Of a stretch of 64,000 nucleotides of DNA, positions 50,233-59,840 are shown piece by piece. Both the position numbers and the translations under genes were made by a program. The notes below the pieces were generated by a model. That model made no database searches. It saw only the letters and a list, made by a program, of their open reading frames with translations, and was not told where the DNA came from. Origin of the DNA: a virus; IMG/VR virus record IMGVR_UViG_3300010165_000001, positions 1-64,000 of that record; one strand, 5' to 3'. Each line of letters starts with the position of its first letter. Position 1 is the first letter of the stretch.

Positions 50233-50764
50233 GTAAATGTGGGTGTTCGTATATTCTTTGTCTAATAACGCTACGGTCACAACCGTATATTCTTGATATC
50301 TGACTTATGTTTAGTCCATTGTCTAAATGTGACTTTAACTCTTTCAAATCAATGTTGTATTTCCTCTTATATTTAATACCTTTCCTATTCTTATTTGCTT
50401 TAGAAATACCTTCCTTATGTTTTTCTGTAAATTCTCTTCCAGTTAAATGGTTAGATAAATGAGTAAAACTATCTAACACCTCTAAATTGTTTTTTGAAGA
50501 ATCTAATTTATTTTCGTTTATATGATGAACATGCTCATTAGTTTCTAATTTTCTATCTAACCAATACATCATTAACAATCTATGAACATGATATTTTTTA
50601 TCATGTATTGATACGCACGGATAACAACCATGCATATATATTTTCTTTTTGCTCAATGTTGGTTTACTCTGAAACCATAGAATTGCTTTTTCTAGTTCTT
50701 CATAATCAACAATACAATTAGCTACATTATTAAATTTAATAGGTTTTTGATTATTCACTGTCAT
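50222..50764 (-). CDS. HNH endonuclease with C-terminal HTH
   Basis: HVHRLLM..HVHHINENKLDSSKNNLEVL..HLSNH; LNISQISRIYGCDRSVIRQRI. Confidence 0.75.
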   Translation of the reverse strand: MTVNNQKPIKFNNVANCIVDYEELEKAILWFQSKPTLSKKKIYMHGCYPCVSIHDKKYHVHRLLMMYWLDRKLETNEHVHHINENKLDSSKNNLEVLDSFTHLSNHLTGREFTEKHKEGISKANKNRKGIKYKRKYNIDLKELKSHLDNGLNISQISRIYGCDRSVIRQRIYEHPHLLKE

Positions 50765-51122
50765 ATTCTAATAACTCCTTATGCTCAAATTTATTACCAA
50801 TGATTTCAAAAAGTCCGTTTAAATCTTCATGCCATGACAAATACTGTTTAACACCTTCTGAATAAAATTTTGCACTGCCGTATTTGACTACACCAATGTG
50901 TCTACCATGTTCACCGTATTTTGTTTTAACAACATCTCCCTCAAACACCTCAACACCATGCTTGTCTTTAAGCCCTGTGGATTGGAGGAGTATAATATCC
51001 TTAAAATCTGCTACTTCTGTGTATTTTCCATTTTCATATACAATCTCTTTATATTTATAATTAATCTCTTGTACATCTACAATGATTCCTGTTCCTTTTA
51101 AATACGCTCTAAACTTAATCAT
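50751..51122 (-). CDS. YopX-family protein
   Basis: MIKFRAY..TGLKDKHGVEVFEGDVV..GVVKY..F pattern. Confidence 0.6.
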   Translation of the reverse strand: MIKFRAYLKGTGIIVDVQEINYKYKEIVYENGKYTEVADFKDIILLQSTGLKDKHGVEVFEGDVVKTKYGEHGRHIGVVKYGSAKFYSEGVKQYLSWHEDLNGLFEIIGNKFEHKELLEYDSE

Positions 51123-51554
51123 CTACTCCACCAGCCCTTTATCGTGTGTCCAAATTAAATGTGGTATTCCTTTATCATCAAAATAAGTTATGCTTAATTG
51201 TTCACTCACATACATCAAGCTGTCAGATTGACTTAATACACTTTTCTTACATTTATCTTCATACCAATGTGTTTCAATTTTATCGTTGTCTTTTTTGTAA
51301 GTTAATAATAAATAATTAAACACTGTATCTTCTGTGACCTCCTCCTCGACTTCGACTGTGAAAGTGTCTTTATTATTTATAGATTGACTTGTTCTAACAC
51401 CGTAACCATCTACAGAAAACTGCACATAAGGGCTGTATTCGTCATGTTCTTTTGTTAAATATAGTTTGCCTTTTACCAACTCTGGATTATTAAATCCCCA
51501 CTCAATCAACTGCGGTAAGTTTAATTCTTTCTTTTGTTTAATCTTCATAACCAT
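51123..51554 (-). CDS. hypothetical protein, paralog of 6510..6935
   Basis: NLPQLIEW, NNKDTFTVEVEEEVTEDT. Confidence 0.7.
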   Translation of the reverse strand: MVMKIKQKKELNLPQLIEWGFNNPELVKGKLYLTKEHDEYSPYVQFSVDGYGVRTSQSINNKDTFTVEVEEEVTEDTVFNYLLLTYKKDNDKIETHWYEDKCKKSVLSQSDSLMYVSEQLSITYFDDKGIPHLIWTHDKGLVE

Positions 51555-51623
51555 TCTCCTCCATTACTTTCCTGTATAGTTTAACATACTAAGATAAATA
51601 AGTAAAGCTATTTTTTTATTTTT

Positions 51624-51842
51624 TTATCTATCTCCTACATCTTCACAGTAGCACTCTGCTTCTATCTCTATCCATAAGTCTTCTATCTCTTTAATATATA
51701 CGAAAGCTTCATCAATTGTTAGAGAGTCAAAGTCTATGTCTTCATGTATACTGTACTCCTTAATGAAAGCTACCTGTTTAGGGGTGGCTTTATTAATTTC
51801 TTTGTGTTCATGATTAAGTAATCTCTTGAAGTTTCTATTCAT
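51624..51842 (-). CDS. hypothetical small acidic protein
   Basis: ATPKQVAFIKEY motif as in 49815..50024. Confidence 0.6.
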   Translation of the reverse strand: MNRNFKRLLNHEHKEINKATPKQVAFIKEYSIHEDIDFDSLTIDEAFVYIKEIEDLWIEIEAECYCEDVGDR

Positions 51843-52213
51843 AACATATCTACCAATCTCATTAAATCAATAACAGTATCATTGTATTCAGGACTACCAT
51901 TTAATTCTCTTAGTTTAGATAGTTTATCTTTAACTATAGCTTTAATCTTTTCATCTCTACTATCTTTAAGGTTAGGATTCTCATCTAAATATTTTAAAAC
52001 TTTCTCTATATTTCCATTTATGATTTTAAAGTTTTCGTATTCAAAATCAGGTATTGTTTTAATATATTCAAACAAACCGTCTATGGAAGCTTTATTTAAA
52101 TCAGCTTTATCTTTAATATCCCATGTATTTCTTAAAGTATTTTTAATATCATGGTCTTCTAACAACTTTATCCTTGATTTAATATCTCGTAATAAAACCA
52201 TTTCCTCTGTCAT
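51839..52213 (-). CDS. hypothetical protein
   Basis: ORF coupled to neighbours. Confidence 0.65.
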   Translation of the reverse strand: MTEEMVLLRDIKSRIKLLEDHDIKNTLRNTWDIKDKADLNKASIDGLFEYIKTIPDFEYENFKIINGNIEKVLKYLDENPNLKDSRDEKIKAIVKDKLSKLRELNGSPEYNDTVIDLMRLVDML

Positions 52214-52215
52214 GA

Positions 52216-52470
52216 TTATTCCTCCTCTTTCTCTTTCTTATACATGTAACCGAAAGTATCTCCACCTGGTTCTGTGAACCCATACTCACTAATACCATAT
52301 CCATTACCTACTCGAATAAAATTAATTTCATCTGCAATAGCTTGAACATTTAGTGTCTTAGTAGAAACTTTATCAAATACGACTGCAATATCTTCATTGT
52401 CTTTTACATCTTTCATTTTCTCTCTTACCTTTTCTAAATCATTCCACGTTCTAAATGTAATTACTTCCAT
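52216..52470 (-). CDS. hypothetical small protein
   Basis: ORF; SD AAAGGAGAGG. Confidence 0.65.
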   Translation of the reverse strand: MEVITFRTWNDLEKVREKMKDVKDNEDIAVVFDKVSTKTLNVQAIADEINFIRVGNGYGISEYGFTEPGGDTFGYMYKKEKEEE

Positions 52471-52502
52471 GTAAAACCTCTCCTTTTATTTGATATGTAT
52501 AT

Positions 52503-52562
52503 ACTATACCATAGTTAATAGTTTATGTCAATAAAAAAAGACCAACAAATTAATGTTGGTCT
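52503..52562 (-). promoter_or_regulatory. terminator followed by promoter
   Basis: AGACCAACA/TGTTGGTCT stem + T7, then TTGACA (rc 52526-31)-17-TGgTATAGT. Confidence 0.7.
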
Positions 52563-52572
52563 AAAATATTTT

Positions 52573-52809
52573 TTAAGCTTCAGGTTCTCCCGACTCTTCT
52601 GGTTGTTCAGCTTGTTCTGTTGTAAATGTAGGTACATCTACTTTAGCACTTTCCCCTGATTCATTAGAGAACGAGACTTGGAAAGTACCTTCAGGATACT
52701 CAGTTCCTGCATCTAAGCCACTAATAGTAGCTTTAGCAGAACCATCTTCCCCTACTTCTGTATATTGTACTACTTCTTCACCTTTATAAACATTGAATAC
52801 TTTTGCCAT
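52573..52809 (-). CDS. FN3/Ig-like single-domain protein
   Basis: Same ~65-aa module as the N-termini of 52826 and 17368 (..Y.G....G......I..L...T.YP.GT.QV....ESGES.KVDVP.F.T). Confidence 0.65.
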   Translation of the reverse strand: MAKVFNVYKGEEVVQYTEVGEDGSAKATISGLDAGTEYPEGTFQVSFSNESGESAKVDVPTFTTEQAEQPEESGEPEA

Positions 52810-52825
52810 AAGTTAGAGTTTCCTC

Positions 52826-53341
52826 CTATACGATAATATCTGCTGTTGTTTCACTTGGTTCTACAGTTACATCTTCAGGTGCATCAGGTATTGGGTCTTT
52901 TACAGTTACTTCACAAGTAGCTTGTTTATTACCTTCTTCACTTGTAACAGTAATAGTAGCTGTACCTGGACTAATTGCTAATACACTACCTGAATCATCT
53001 ACAGTAGCAACGTCTTCATTATCTGAAGAGAAACTTACATTTTTATTATCTGCTTCATTAGGACTTACTGTTGCTGTTAGGGTATCTGTTTGTTCAGTTT
53101 CTAATTCTAAAGTGTTTTTATCTAAAGATACACTAACTACACCAACAGATTTAGTTTTAAATTCAGGAACATCTACCTTATCACTTTCACCCGATTCATT
53201 TTCAAAAGCAACTTGATATGTTCCTTTAGGATATGTCGTATTAGAGTCTAAGTCTGTAATTGTAACAGAAGCAATATCTCCTTGTTTTTCTCCAGATGTT
53301 AATAATTCTTCACCTTTATACAAATTTAACTTTTCTACCAA
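52826..53341 (-). CDS. Ig-like protein (FN3-like module + Big_2 domain)
   Basis: VSLDKNTLELETEQTDTLTATVSPNEADNKNVSFSSDNEDVATVDDSGSVLAISPGTATITVTS is a typical Big_2. Confidence 0.75.
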   Translation of the reverse strand: MVEKLNLYKGEELLTSGEKQGDIASVTITDLDSNTTYPKGTYQVAFENESGESDKVDVPEFKTKSVGVVSVSLDKNTLELETEQTDTLTATVSPNEADNKNVSFSSDNEDVATVDDSGSVLAISPGTATITVTSEEGNKQATCEVTVKDPIPDAPEDVTVEPSETTADIIV

Positions 53342-53359
53342 AACATTTCATCCTTTCAA

Positions 53360-54010
53360 TTATTCAGCAGATACATCTGCTTCTTTTTCTTTTGGCTCTA
53401 CGTCTACATTTTCTGGTTCTTTAGGTGCTTCGATTTCTTTTTCTTCTTTAGCTACTGATTCAGCTACACCTTCTGGGTATGGTCTCATTTCAGTACGTGT
53501 TGAACCCCAAGCAAAACGTTCTTCTCTTGCTCGTGCAGAAGGTGTATCAGAGTCTTCAAAGTTCTCTGCATCTTCATCAGAGCTATCTTTAACACCGAAA
53601 GCATCTTCTGTATTTGTAAAGAATACGTTATAAACACCTAATGTAAAGTTATCATAAGCAAATGCTAAGAAAGCTTGTAATACTTGTTTAGCTTTGTCTA
53701 ATCCTTTAATATCTTCTTCACGAATAATTGGGTGTTCGTATGGGTCTGTAACTGTACTTACTACGAAATATACAATATCTCCATCAGTGTAAATGATTGG
53801 TGATTTCTTACGTGTAACAAGTGTACCTTTACCATCAGTTTCTACTGGGTATACAAAGTACTCTTCACCTTCTTGAACCACTTTATAAGAGTATACCCCA
53901 TTATGTGTTCCTGTATAACCGTCTGCATTTGTTTTAACTTCTAGATATTTATTATTAATATCTACTGTACCATCTTGAAAGATTACATCTTTCAATACTT
54001 CTTTAACCAT
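53360..54010 (-). CDS. hypothetical protein (possibly virion-associated)
   Basis: Leads the Ig-like gene trio; no sigma-A promoter upstream. Confidence 0.6.
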   Translation of the reverse strand: MVKEVLKDVIFQDGTVDINNKYLEVKTNADGYTGTHNGVYSYKVVQEGEEYFVYPVETDGKGTLVTRKKSPIIYTDGDIVYFVVSTVTDPYEHPIIREEDIKGLDKAKQVLQAFLAFAYDNFTLGVYNVFFTNTEDAFGVKDSSDEDAENFEDSDTPSARAREERFAWGSTRTEMRPYPEGVAESVAKEEKEIEAPKEPENVDVEPKEKEADVSAE

Positions 54011-54086
54011 TTATTTTCATCTCCTAATTGATTTAAATTATTATTATTGTTTTCAGTAATAATATATCACTCATACGGTACTCTTC

Positions 54087-54740
54087 CTACATTTCCCACG
54101 TATTATTTTCAGTATTCACTCTACCTTTAACAATATCTATATCCTTATTATTACTTTCATGTGCATGTAACTTAAACCTTATAAAATCTTTTAGTTCTGT
54201 TAATGTTCGTGTAACATCTTTTCTAGGTACTTCCATTCGACTAGCTACATTAGATACAATGATAGGGTCATCTACATTCTCATCATTTGTAAATATTTCA
54301 TGTAATAACTCACTCTCAACTTCAGTGAAATCAACACCATCGAATAAATAACTTACCAAATCATTCATATATAAATCACTATCACTTGATTCGATAATCG
54401 TTTCTAATGTATCATCATCATTACCAAATACAACATTAGCTTCCCTATCTCTATTCTTTTTAACATAACTATTTCTAACTCTCATTGTTAATTTACTTTT
54501 AATGTAATAAGGGAAGTCTACTTCACTATGAATATTATATTCTTTAACAAGTTTAATGAATTGCTCATTAATGTATTCTAAGAGTTCTTCTTTCTTAACA
54601 TAACTATCCATTTGGTTTGCAAATCTATAATATAGAGCATATCTAAGGTTTTTATAGTTGTGCATAAGCTTATCTATGTCTCTATCTAATTCATGACTCA
54701 ATCCTTCTGTATCTATTACATATCTATTTCCATTATTCAA
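54087..54740 (-). CDS. phage RNA polymerase sigma-factor-like protein
   Basis: Region-2-like EQFIKLVKEYN..FPYYIKSKLTMRVRNSYVKK and C-terminal HTH-like RMEVPRKDVTRTLTELK; position next to recA as in Twort/SPO1-like phages. Confidence 0.55.
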   Translation of the reverse strand: MNNGNRYVIDTEGLSHELDRDIDKLMHNYKNLRYALYYRFANQMDSYVKKEELLEYINEQFIKLVKEYNIHSEVDFPYYIKSKLTMRVRNSYVKKNRDREANVVFGNDDDTLETIIESSDSDLYMNDLVSYLFDGVDFTEVESELLHEIFTNDENVDDPIIVSNVASRMEVPRKDVTRTLTELKDFIRFKLHAHESNNKDIDIVKGRVNTENNTWEM

Positions 54741-55099
54741 CTCATTTCACTCCGATACGGGTTAGCTCCCTCTACAATAATCTTTACTTTATTATATTTA
54801 TCTTGTACATATATATCTGAATAATGAATTGTTCTAGGTACTTGGATATTTTCTCCATTAAATCTAGTAATAGAATAACCCCTACACCATCTATCATATA
54901 CATCAGTAATGTAAATTACCATTGCATCTGTGTAAGGAAATCCACTTTCTTCATAGATAATATACAATCCATTCTCTTTAATATATTTGAACCTTGTCTT
55001 AATATCTCTATAAGGTTCAGGTACTGCTTCTAAATAAGATTCATCTTCTAAACTCTGTTTAATACGTTCTAGGTTATCATCAATCATATTACTTGTCAA
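54737..55099 (-). CDS. hypothetical protein
   Basis: TTG start after AAGGAGG. Confidence 0.6.
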   Translation of the reverse strand: MTSNMIDDNLERIKQSLEDESYLEAVPEPYRDIKTRFKYIKENGLYIIYEESGFPYTDAMVIYITDVYDRWCRGYSITRFNGENIQVPRTIHYSDIYVQDKYNKVKIIVEGANPYRSEMS

Positions 55100-55116
55100 G
55101 ACACTTACCTCCTTTT

Positions 55117-55143
55117 AAAACAAGAAGACCTTTATTGGTCTTC
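55117..55143 (-). terminator. terminator overlapping the recombinase stop codon
   Basis: GAAGACC/GGTCTTC stem then TTGTTTT. Confidence 0.6.
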
Positions 55144-56358
55144 CTGCTCTCCTTTTGTTTCTTCTTTAGGTTTTTCTTTTTCTAATTCATCATAATATTC
55201 TTCTAGTGCTTTATATTCAGGTATAGTTGTAATATCTACATCTTTATTCTTTAATGGTGCATACCCTTTAGGGAAATTTGCTACATAAGTACGTTTAAAT
55301 AGCTCTTCAAACAACTCAGGGTCTTCCTTAAGTCTAGGAGTCCATTCAGCATCACGTAATTTAATCTCTTCACCATTTAAAGTAACATAATTTCTCCATG
55401 CTCCTTTAGTAATAAAACCTTTTTCTACTGCTTCTTGATAAATTGTATACTCAGGGTCTAAACCATTAATAACTTCTCCTGTAGGTAAATCCCATTCTGA
55501 AAGTAAATCAGCACTTGCTTTTTGATTAGGTCTAGATAATTTAGATTTCTTAGTTTCTAATCTCATAGAGTGTCCTGAATATTCTTCTTTACCTGCTGTT
55601 TCTTTATGTTGTTTTACTTGTGCTCCTTTATTAACTTTAAGTCTTAAACTAGCACTATGCTCAAAAGCTTTACCCCCACCAGATTTAACTTTATCCCCAT
55701 ACATACCTGCATCCATGTCGTCTCTTGCTTGGTTTACAACAATAATACCTGTGTTTGTATTATTTAATTTAGGTGTTATAGCATTAATAACTTTTTGTGT
55801 GGCAGAAGCTCTTATACCCATCTGTTTAGTATCAATACCGCCATCTATTTCTGTTTGTGAACGTGTAGCACCTAGTGAATCCCATATAAATACAATAGGA
55901 ACACCTGGGTACTTCTCATTAAAAGTATCTACCCAATACTCTAACTCCTTACCTACTTGTTCAATAGATAACTCAACTGTATTTTTAAGTCTCTGACCTT
56001 CTCCTGCTTGAATAGAGAATATCTTAGTAATATCCACACCTAGTTGTTCCATTCTTGCATTATCGGCTGTACCTTCTGTATCTACCCAAACAGTAATAAT
56101 ACCTAAATCAATTAGTGTTTTTGTTAGGTGCACAGCAAAAGTCGATTTACCGCTACTAGGTATCCCGTAAACCTCGGTAAGTCTTCCTAAAGGAATCCCT
56201 CCACCCATAATTCTATCATATTGAGGTACTCTTGTAGGTAATATATTTTTAATATCTGCTTTGTTTGTATCTGATAGGATTGTCAATCCCATTTCTTTAC
56301 CTAAATCAATTGTATTTAAATCAGACATATCAAATTGTTTTTTACTGCTTCTTGCCAT
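55132..56358 (-). CDS. RecA/UvsX-family recombinase
   Basis: Walker A GIPSSGKST, IVFIWDS, VVNQARD.. core typical of RecA-like ATPases. Confidence 0.8.
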   Translation of the reverse strand: MARSSKKQFDMSDLNTIDLGKEMGLTILSDTNKADIKNILPTRVPQYDRIMGGGIPLGRLTEVYGIPSSGKSTFAVHLTKTLIDLGIITVWVDTEGTADNARMEQLGVDITKIFSIQAGEGQRLKNTVELSIEQVGKELEYWVDTFNEKYPGVPIVFIWDSLGATRSQTEIDGGIDTKQMGIRASATQKVINAITPKLNNTNTGIIVVNQARDDMDAGMYGDKVKSGGGKAFEHSASLRLKVNKGAQVKQHKETAGKEEYSGHSMRLETKKSKLSRPNQKASADLLSEWDLPTGEVINGLDPEYTIYQEAVEKGFITKGAWRNYVTLNGEEIKLRDAEWTPRLKEDPELFEELFKRTYVANFPKGYAPLKNKDVDITTIPEYKALEEYYDELEKEKPKEETKGEQEDQ

Positions 56359-56384
56359 AAATCTTTTCCTCCTTTTGTATACCT

Positions 56385-56415
56385 AAAAAATAAAGTAGCA
56401 CAGTTAAGTGCTACT
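56385..56415 (-). terminator. rho-independent terminator
   Basis: AGTAGCAC/GTGCTACT stem then TTATTTTTT. Confidence 0.7.
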
Positions 56416-56424
56416 ATTAAATTC

Positions 56425-57594
56425 TTATAGTCCAATATTCCCTAGAATATCGTCTACACTCTTCATTTTGTTCTGTGATTGCTGTTCTTGAGGAATATTA
56501 GGTTGTTCTTGTTGTTGTTGTGCTTGTTGTTGTTGTTGTGTATTGAATGGTACTTGTGAGTCATCTACACTACCTGTACCCACACCAGACCATGGATTAC
56601 CTTGTTCTGGTTGTGATTGTTGTTGAGCTAAGTTATTCCAATCAACATTACCTTGTTGAGTAGATTGAGACTGTTGAACAGGCTGTTGTTGCTCTACAGG
56701 TTGACTTTGAGTTGGAGCTCCTAAGTTTGAAGGCATTTGATTATCGATTTGTTGCTGTGAAGGTGATTGTCCTCCAGATTGACCTTGACTTGGTGCTGTA
56801 TTACCATCATCTTCAAAATCAAAGTTCTTGATTGATTTATCTGTACCATTAATACTGTTGATTACAAAGTTTACAAAACCTGGTGAACTTTCCTCTGTTG
56901 GTTCAGCCATTTTTTGAATGTCACTTGTTAAGTTTTCCCATCCTTGTGGTAATTGACCTAAATCTTGACGTTGGTAAACTTCTGCTTTATAACTTGTATC
57001 TGTTCCTTGACCTGTACGATATAGTTTAACTGCAAAGGCATGGTTTTCTGAGATAAAATTTAAGTTAGAATCTTGTGTTGGCATTAAGTTTTCATCTTGT
57101 AACTTAACTGATAAGTCGTCAAATAATGTTTTTGTTAATTCCATAGGTGCTACAAGAACATTACCCATAGGGTCTACTTGATATTGGAATTGACCTTGAT
57201 TAGATACTAATGGGATTACGTTTACTAAATAACGTTGTGCAGGGTTTGTATTATAGTCATTAATCTTAACGTTATTATTCTTCCAGTTAGAAATAAATGA
57301 ATCTAATACTGATTCTCCCATAGTGAATGGTAATGTGAATGGTGAACTTGTAGCTGTTCCATCACCTTTAACATAGTTTAAGAAAATACTACGGAATTTA
57401 CTAAAGAATTGAAGACCTTCTGTATCTTCTTGTGTTTTAACTCCTGGTAATACACGTACAATAATCTCAGGGTTTTGTTTATTTAAACGAATTGTTTTAT
57501 TCTTTGGTTGGTATCTCTCTTGTTGGTTATTATTGAAATTACTCTCTGTACTTTGTTGTTCTTGTGATAAAAAATTACTAAATGAATTCATCAT
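56425..57594 (-). CDS. gp32-like ssDNA-binding protein with Q-rich linker and acidic tip
   Basis: IVRVLPG, RYLVNVIPL, AFAVKLYRTGQGTDTSYKAEVY parallel T4 gp32 [36 protein letters not shown]; ends ..VDDILGNIGL. Confidence 0.5.
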   Translation of the reverse strand: MMNSFSNFLSQEQQSTESNFNNNQQERYQPKNKTIRLNKQNPEIIVRVLPGVKTQEDTEGLQFFSKFRSIFLNYVKGDGTATSSPFTLPFTMGESVLDSFISNWKNNNVKINDYNTNPAQRYLVNVIPLVSNQGQFQYQVDPMGNVLVAPMELTKTLFDDLSVKLQDENLMPTQDSNLNFISENHAFAVKLYRTGQGTDTSYKAEVYQRQDLGQLPQGWENLTSDIQKMAEPTEESSPGFVNFVINSINGTDKSIKNFDFEDDGNTAPSQGQSGGQSPSQQQIDNQMPSNLGAPTQSQPVEQQQPVQQSQSTQQGNVDWNNLAQQQSQPEQGNPWSGVGTGSVDDSQVPFNTQQQQQAQQQQEQPNIPQEQQSQNKMKSVDDILGNIGL

Positions 57595-57611
57595 ATTTAT
57601 TCCTCTCCTAA

Positions 57612-58094
57612 TTAATATTGTAGTGGACTTGTAATACCACCATTTTTATTTGTTTTTCTTTGTTCAGCACCTAAGTGTGTTAGAGCATTTACCCTTTGCT
57701 CGAAAGCTTTGACTATATAATTTAATTGTTTAGTCTTATAAGACCAATCCTCTACAATGTTTAATTGATTCTGATAGTTTTGATTAATAAACACATCAGC
57801 CTCAATCATATCTTTTGTAGGCTTTTCACCTTTTTGCTTATAGGCTTGTCTAACTGTTAAGTTTAACTGACTACCTATGGTTTCTAACTTTCTTTGCTCT
57901 GCTTCATAATATCGTCTTACAATTTCTAATAATGAAGCCCAATAAGCATACTTGCCTGACTGCTTCATAAACTCTTCGTTGATATTATTCTCATCAATCA
58001 TTAATTCATCATTAATGTTAAGATTTTCCCTATTACCATTCTTATCAATGATTGTAAAAGTATCAAAATCTAAACTATCAACATAAATTTCCAT
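57612..58094 (-). CDS. UvsY-like recombination mediator (tentative)
   Basis: GKYAYWASLL..RKLE..TKDMIEADV..WSYKTKQLNYIVKAFEQRVNAL resembles the T4 UvsY pattern; sits beside the SSB and recombinase genes. Confidence 0.4.
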   Translation of the reverse strand: MEIYVDSLDFDTFTIIDKNGNRENLNINDELMIDENNINEEFMKQSGKYAYWASLLEIVRRYYEAEQRKLETIGSQLNLTVRQAYKQKGEKPTKDMIEADVFINQNYQNQLNIVEDWSYKTKQLNYIVKAFEQRVNALTHLGAEQRKTNKNGGITSPLQY

Positions 58095-58122
58095 CAAATT
58101 CCTCCTTTCCAGTTACCTATCT

Positions 58123-58151
58123 ATTATAACATCTGTTTCCATTCTTGTCAA
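58123..58151 (-). promoter_or_regulatory. sigma-A promoter inside the 3' end of the upstream gene
   Basis: TTGACA-17-TATAAT. Confidence 0.7.
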
Positions 58152-58741
58152 GCTCGATATTTCATACACATAAAGAAACATATAATAATTAAGATTAGAT
58201 TAACTACTTCTGTTATAATAACATGTATATAAGCATTTGTCAATAACAAATTAAGTATTAAAAATAATATAGCCATTCCTAAAATAAAGTATAGTAAAGG
58301 GCTTGTACCTACTGCTGTTTTCCTTACTACAAATCTAATTATCTGGTCTACATATGCTAAAATAATTGTTATTGTCGCTATAGACTGTAAACTGCTTAGT
58401 GAAATATCAAATACAAAGTAAACCATTAAGTTTATTACTATATATAGTATTGTATATAATATTCCGATTGCTTGGTATCTTAATATATTCTTCCAAGCTA
58501 ACATAATTAAAGCTAAAAACATATTACAACCTACTACAACAATATTTACAATATCTGCTCCTGTGATAATTAAAGTGTAGAAACTAAATGAAACTGTAGT
58601 TAATACCAGTTCCCAAAATAATTGTGATACTCCTTCTACGCTCTTATCTATATACATAGCTCTTAATCCAGGAAGATAGCCTACAATGTATAGTATCCCA
58701 GATAAAAAGAATAATATCCATGCTAGTGCTTCTATGTTCAT
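58148..58741 (-). CDS. multi-pass membrane protein (PQ-loop-like)
   Basis: About 6 hydrophobic spans; LPGLRAMYIDKSVEGVS resembles a PQ-loop motif. Confidence 0.6.
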   Translation of the reverse strand: MNIEALAWILFFLSGILYIVGYLPGLRAMYIDKSVEGVSQLFWELVLTTVSFSFYTLIITGADIVNIVVVGCNMFLALIMLAWKNILRYQAIGILYTILYIVINLMVYFVFDISLSSLQSIATITIILAYVDQIIRFVVRKTAVGTSPLLYFILGMAILFLILNLLLTNAYIHVIITEVVNLILIIICFFMCMKYRA

Positions 58742-59046
58742 TGTTCTTTAATCCTTACTTCTTTTATTTTTAAACTATGATATTTCGTTTCTATTGTATC
58801 TTCCAGTATTCCATTAAAGATTACATCACTACTTATAATTAATGAAGAATGTTCTCCTGTGATAATTAGCTCAATATTACTATTATCTAATTTATTAGTA
58901 TGTTCTATAACAAGTTCATACCCTATTTTTCCTTTACTTTCCAATTCTAAAAATTTGTACATATCAATATTATGTTTTTCAAGATAATCTATTCTTGATT
59001 TTTTCGATAACTTAGAAAACACTCTAGGTTCTTGTTCTCTTGCCAT
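58738..59046 (-). CDS. hypothetical protein
   Basis: ORF coupled to neighbours. Confidence 0.65.
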   Translation of the reverse strand: MAREQEPRVFSKLSKKSRIDYLEKHNIDMYKFLELESKGKIGYELVIEHTNKLDNSNIELIITGEHSSLIISSDVIFNGILEDTIETKYHSLKIKEVRIKEQ

Positions 59047-59645
59047 TACGTATTACTCCCTAATTTTTCTAATCTCTTTAAAACTTCTTCCCAAGAGATA
59101 AATCCCTCTCCATTGGTCAATGACAAAATCATGCCATAGATAAATTGGTTCGTACTAAATTCAGCTCTATCAGGGTCATTGTAAGGTTTACCATGCCCTT
59201 GACGAATATCTGAACAATAAATTAAAACAGGTTTATTTACAATATCTACAGCTAATCTATAAGCATCATTAAGATGTTCGTCAGATATAACACTATTATT
59301 ATCTACAGTATGCTTAGCTTTATTGATAGTTTGTTGTGCTTGGTGTTTCATACCTAATAAGATACCTAGCTCTGCAATTGTCCCTAATCCTTCATTAAGA
59401 ATATCAAATACAAAAATATCTGATTCTTGCATAGCTTTAAAATCGTTACTTAAGATACGTTCCGCTAACTTAGTTTGTTCTGCGTTAGCTTTATCATTAA
59501 TTGATTTATCTTTATGAGGACTATAAGGAGTTACTCCTATAATGCCTTCTACTTGTTTATGTTGTTTGTCTCTATAATCTACCATAGCTTGGTTAAGTAG
59601 ATGACCTCCTAGATAACAAACTTTATCTTTAATATAATTAGTCAT
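59046..59645 (-). CDS. nucleoside 2-deoxyribosyltransferase-like protein
   Basis: CYLGGHLLNQ..SPH..SDIFVFDILNEGLGTIAELGILLG pattern. Confidence 0.55.
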   Translation of the reverse strand: MTNYIKDKVCYLGGHLLNQAMVDYRDKQHKQVEGIIGVTPYSPHKDKSINDKANAEQTKLAERILSNDFKAMQESDIFVFDILNEGLGTIAELGILLGMKHQAQQTINKAKHTVDNNSVISDEHLNDAYRLAVDIVNKPVLIYCSDIRQGHGKPYNDPDRAEFSTNQFIYGMILSLTNGEGFISWEEVLKRLEKLGSNT

Positions 59646-59660
59646 TTATCTTTTCTCCTT

Positions 59661-59840
59661 TTAACTTAATAATGTTATCATAGAACCTATAATTAATACT
59701 CCAACCATACATACTACTGATTGAGTTAAATACATACTACTTGTAATTTCATTTCCATTTTTAGCTTCTTTAATAGAAAGAAAACTGTATACTAATTGGA
59801 ATACAAATAAAGCAATCAAAAACATAAAAGCTACTGTCAT
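59661..59840 (-). CDS. 59-aa two-TM membrane protein (not in track)
   Basis: TAATG overlap with the upstream stop; hydrophobic. Confidence 0.5.
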   Translation of the reverse strand: MTVAFMFLIALFVFQLVYSFLSIKEAKNGNEITSSMYLTQSVVCMVGVLIIGSMITLLS

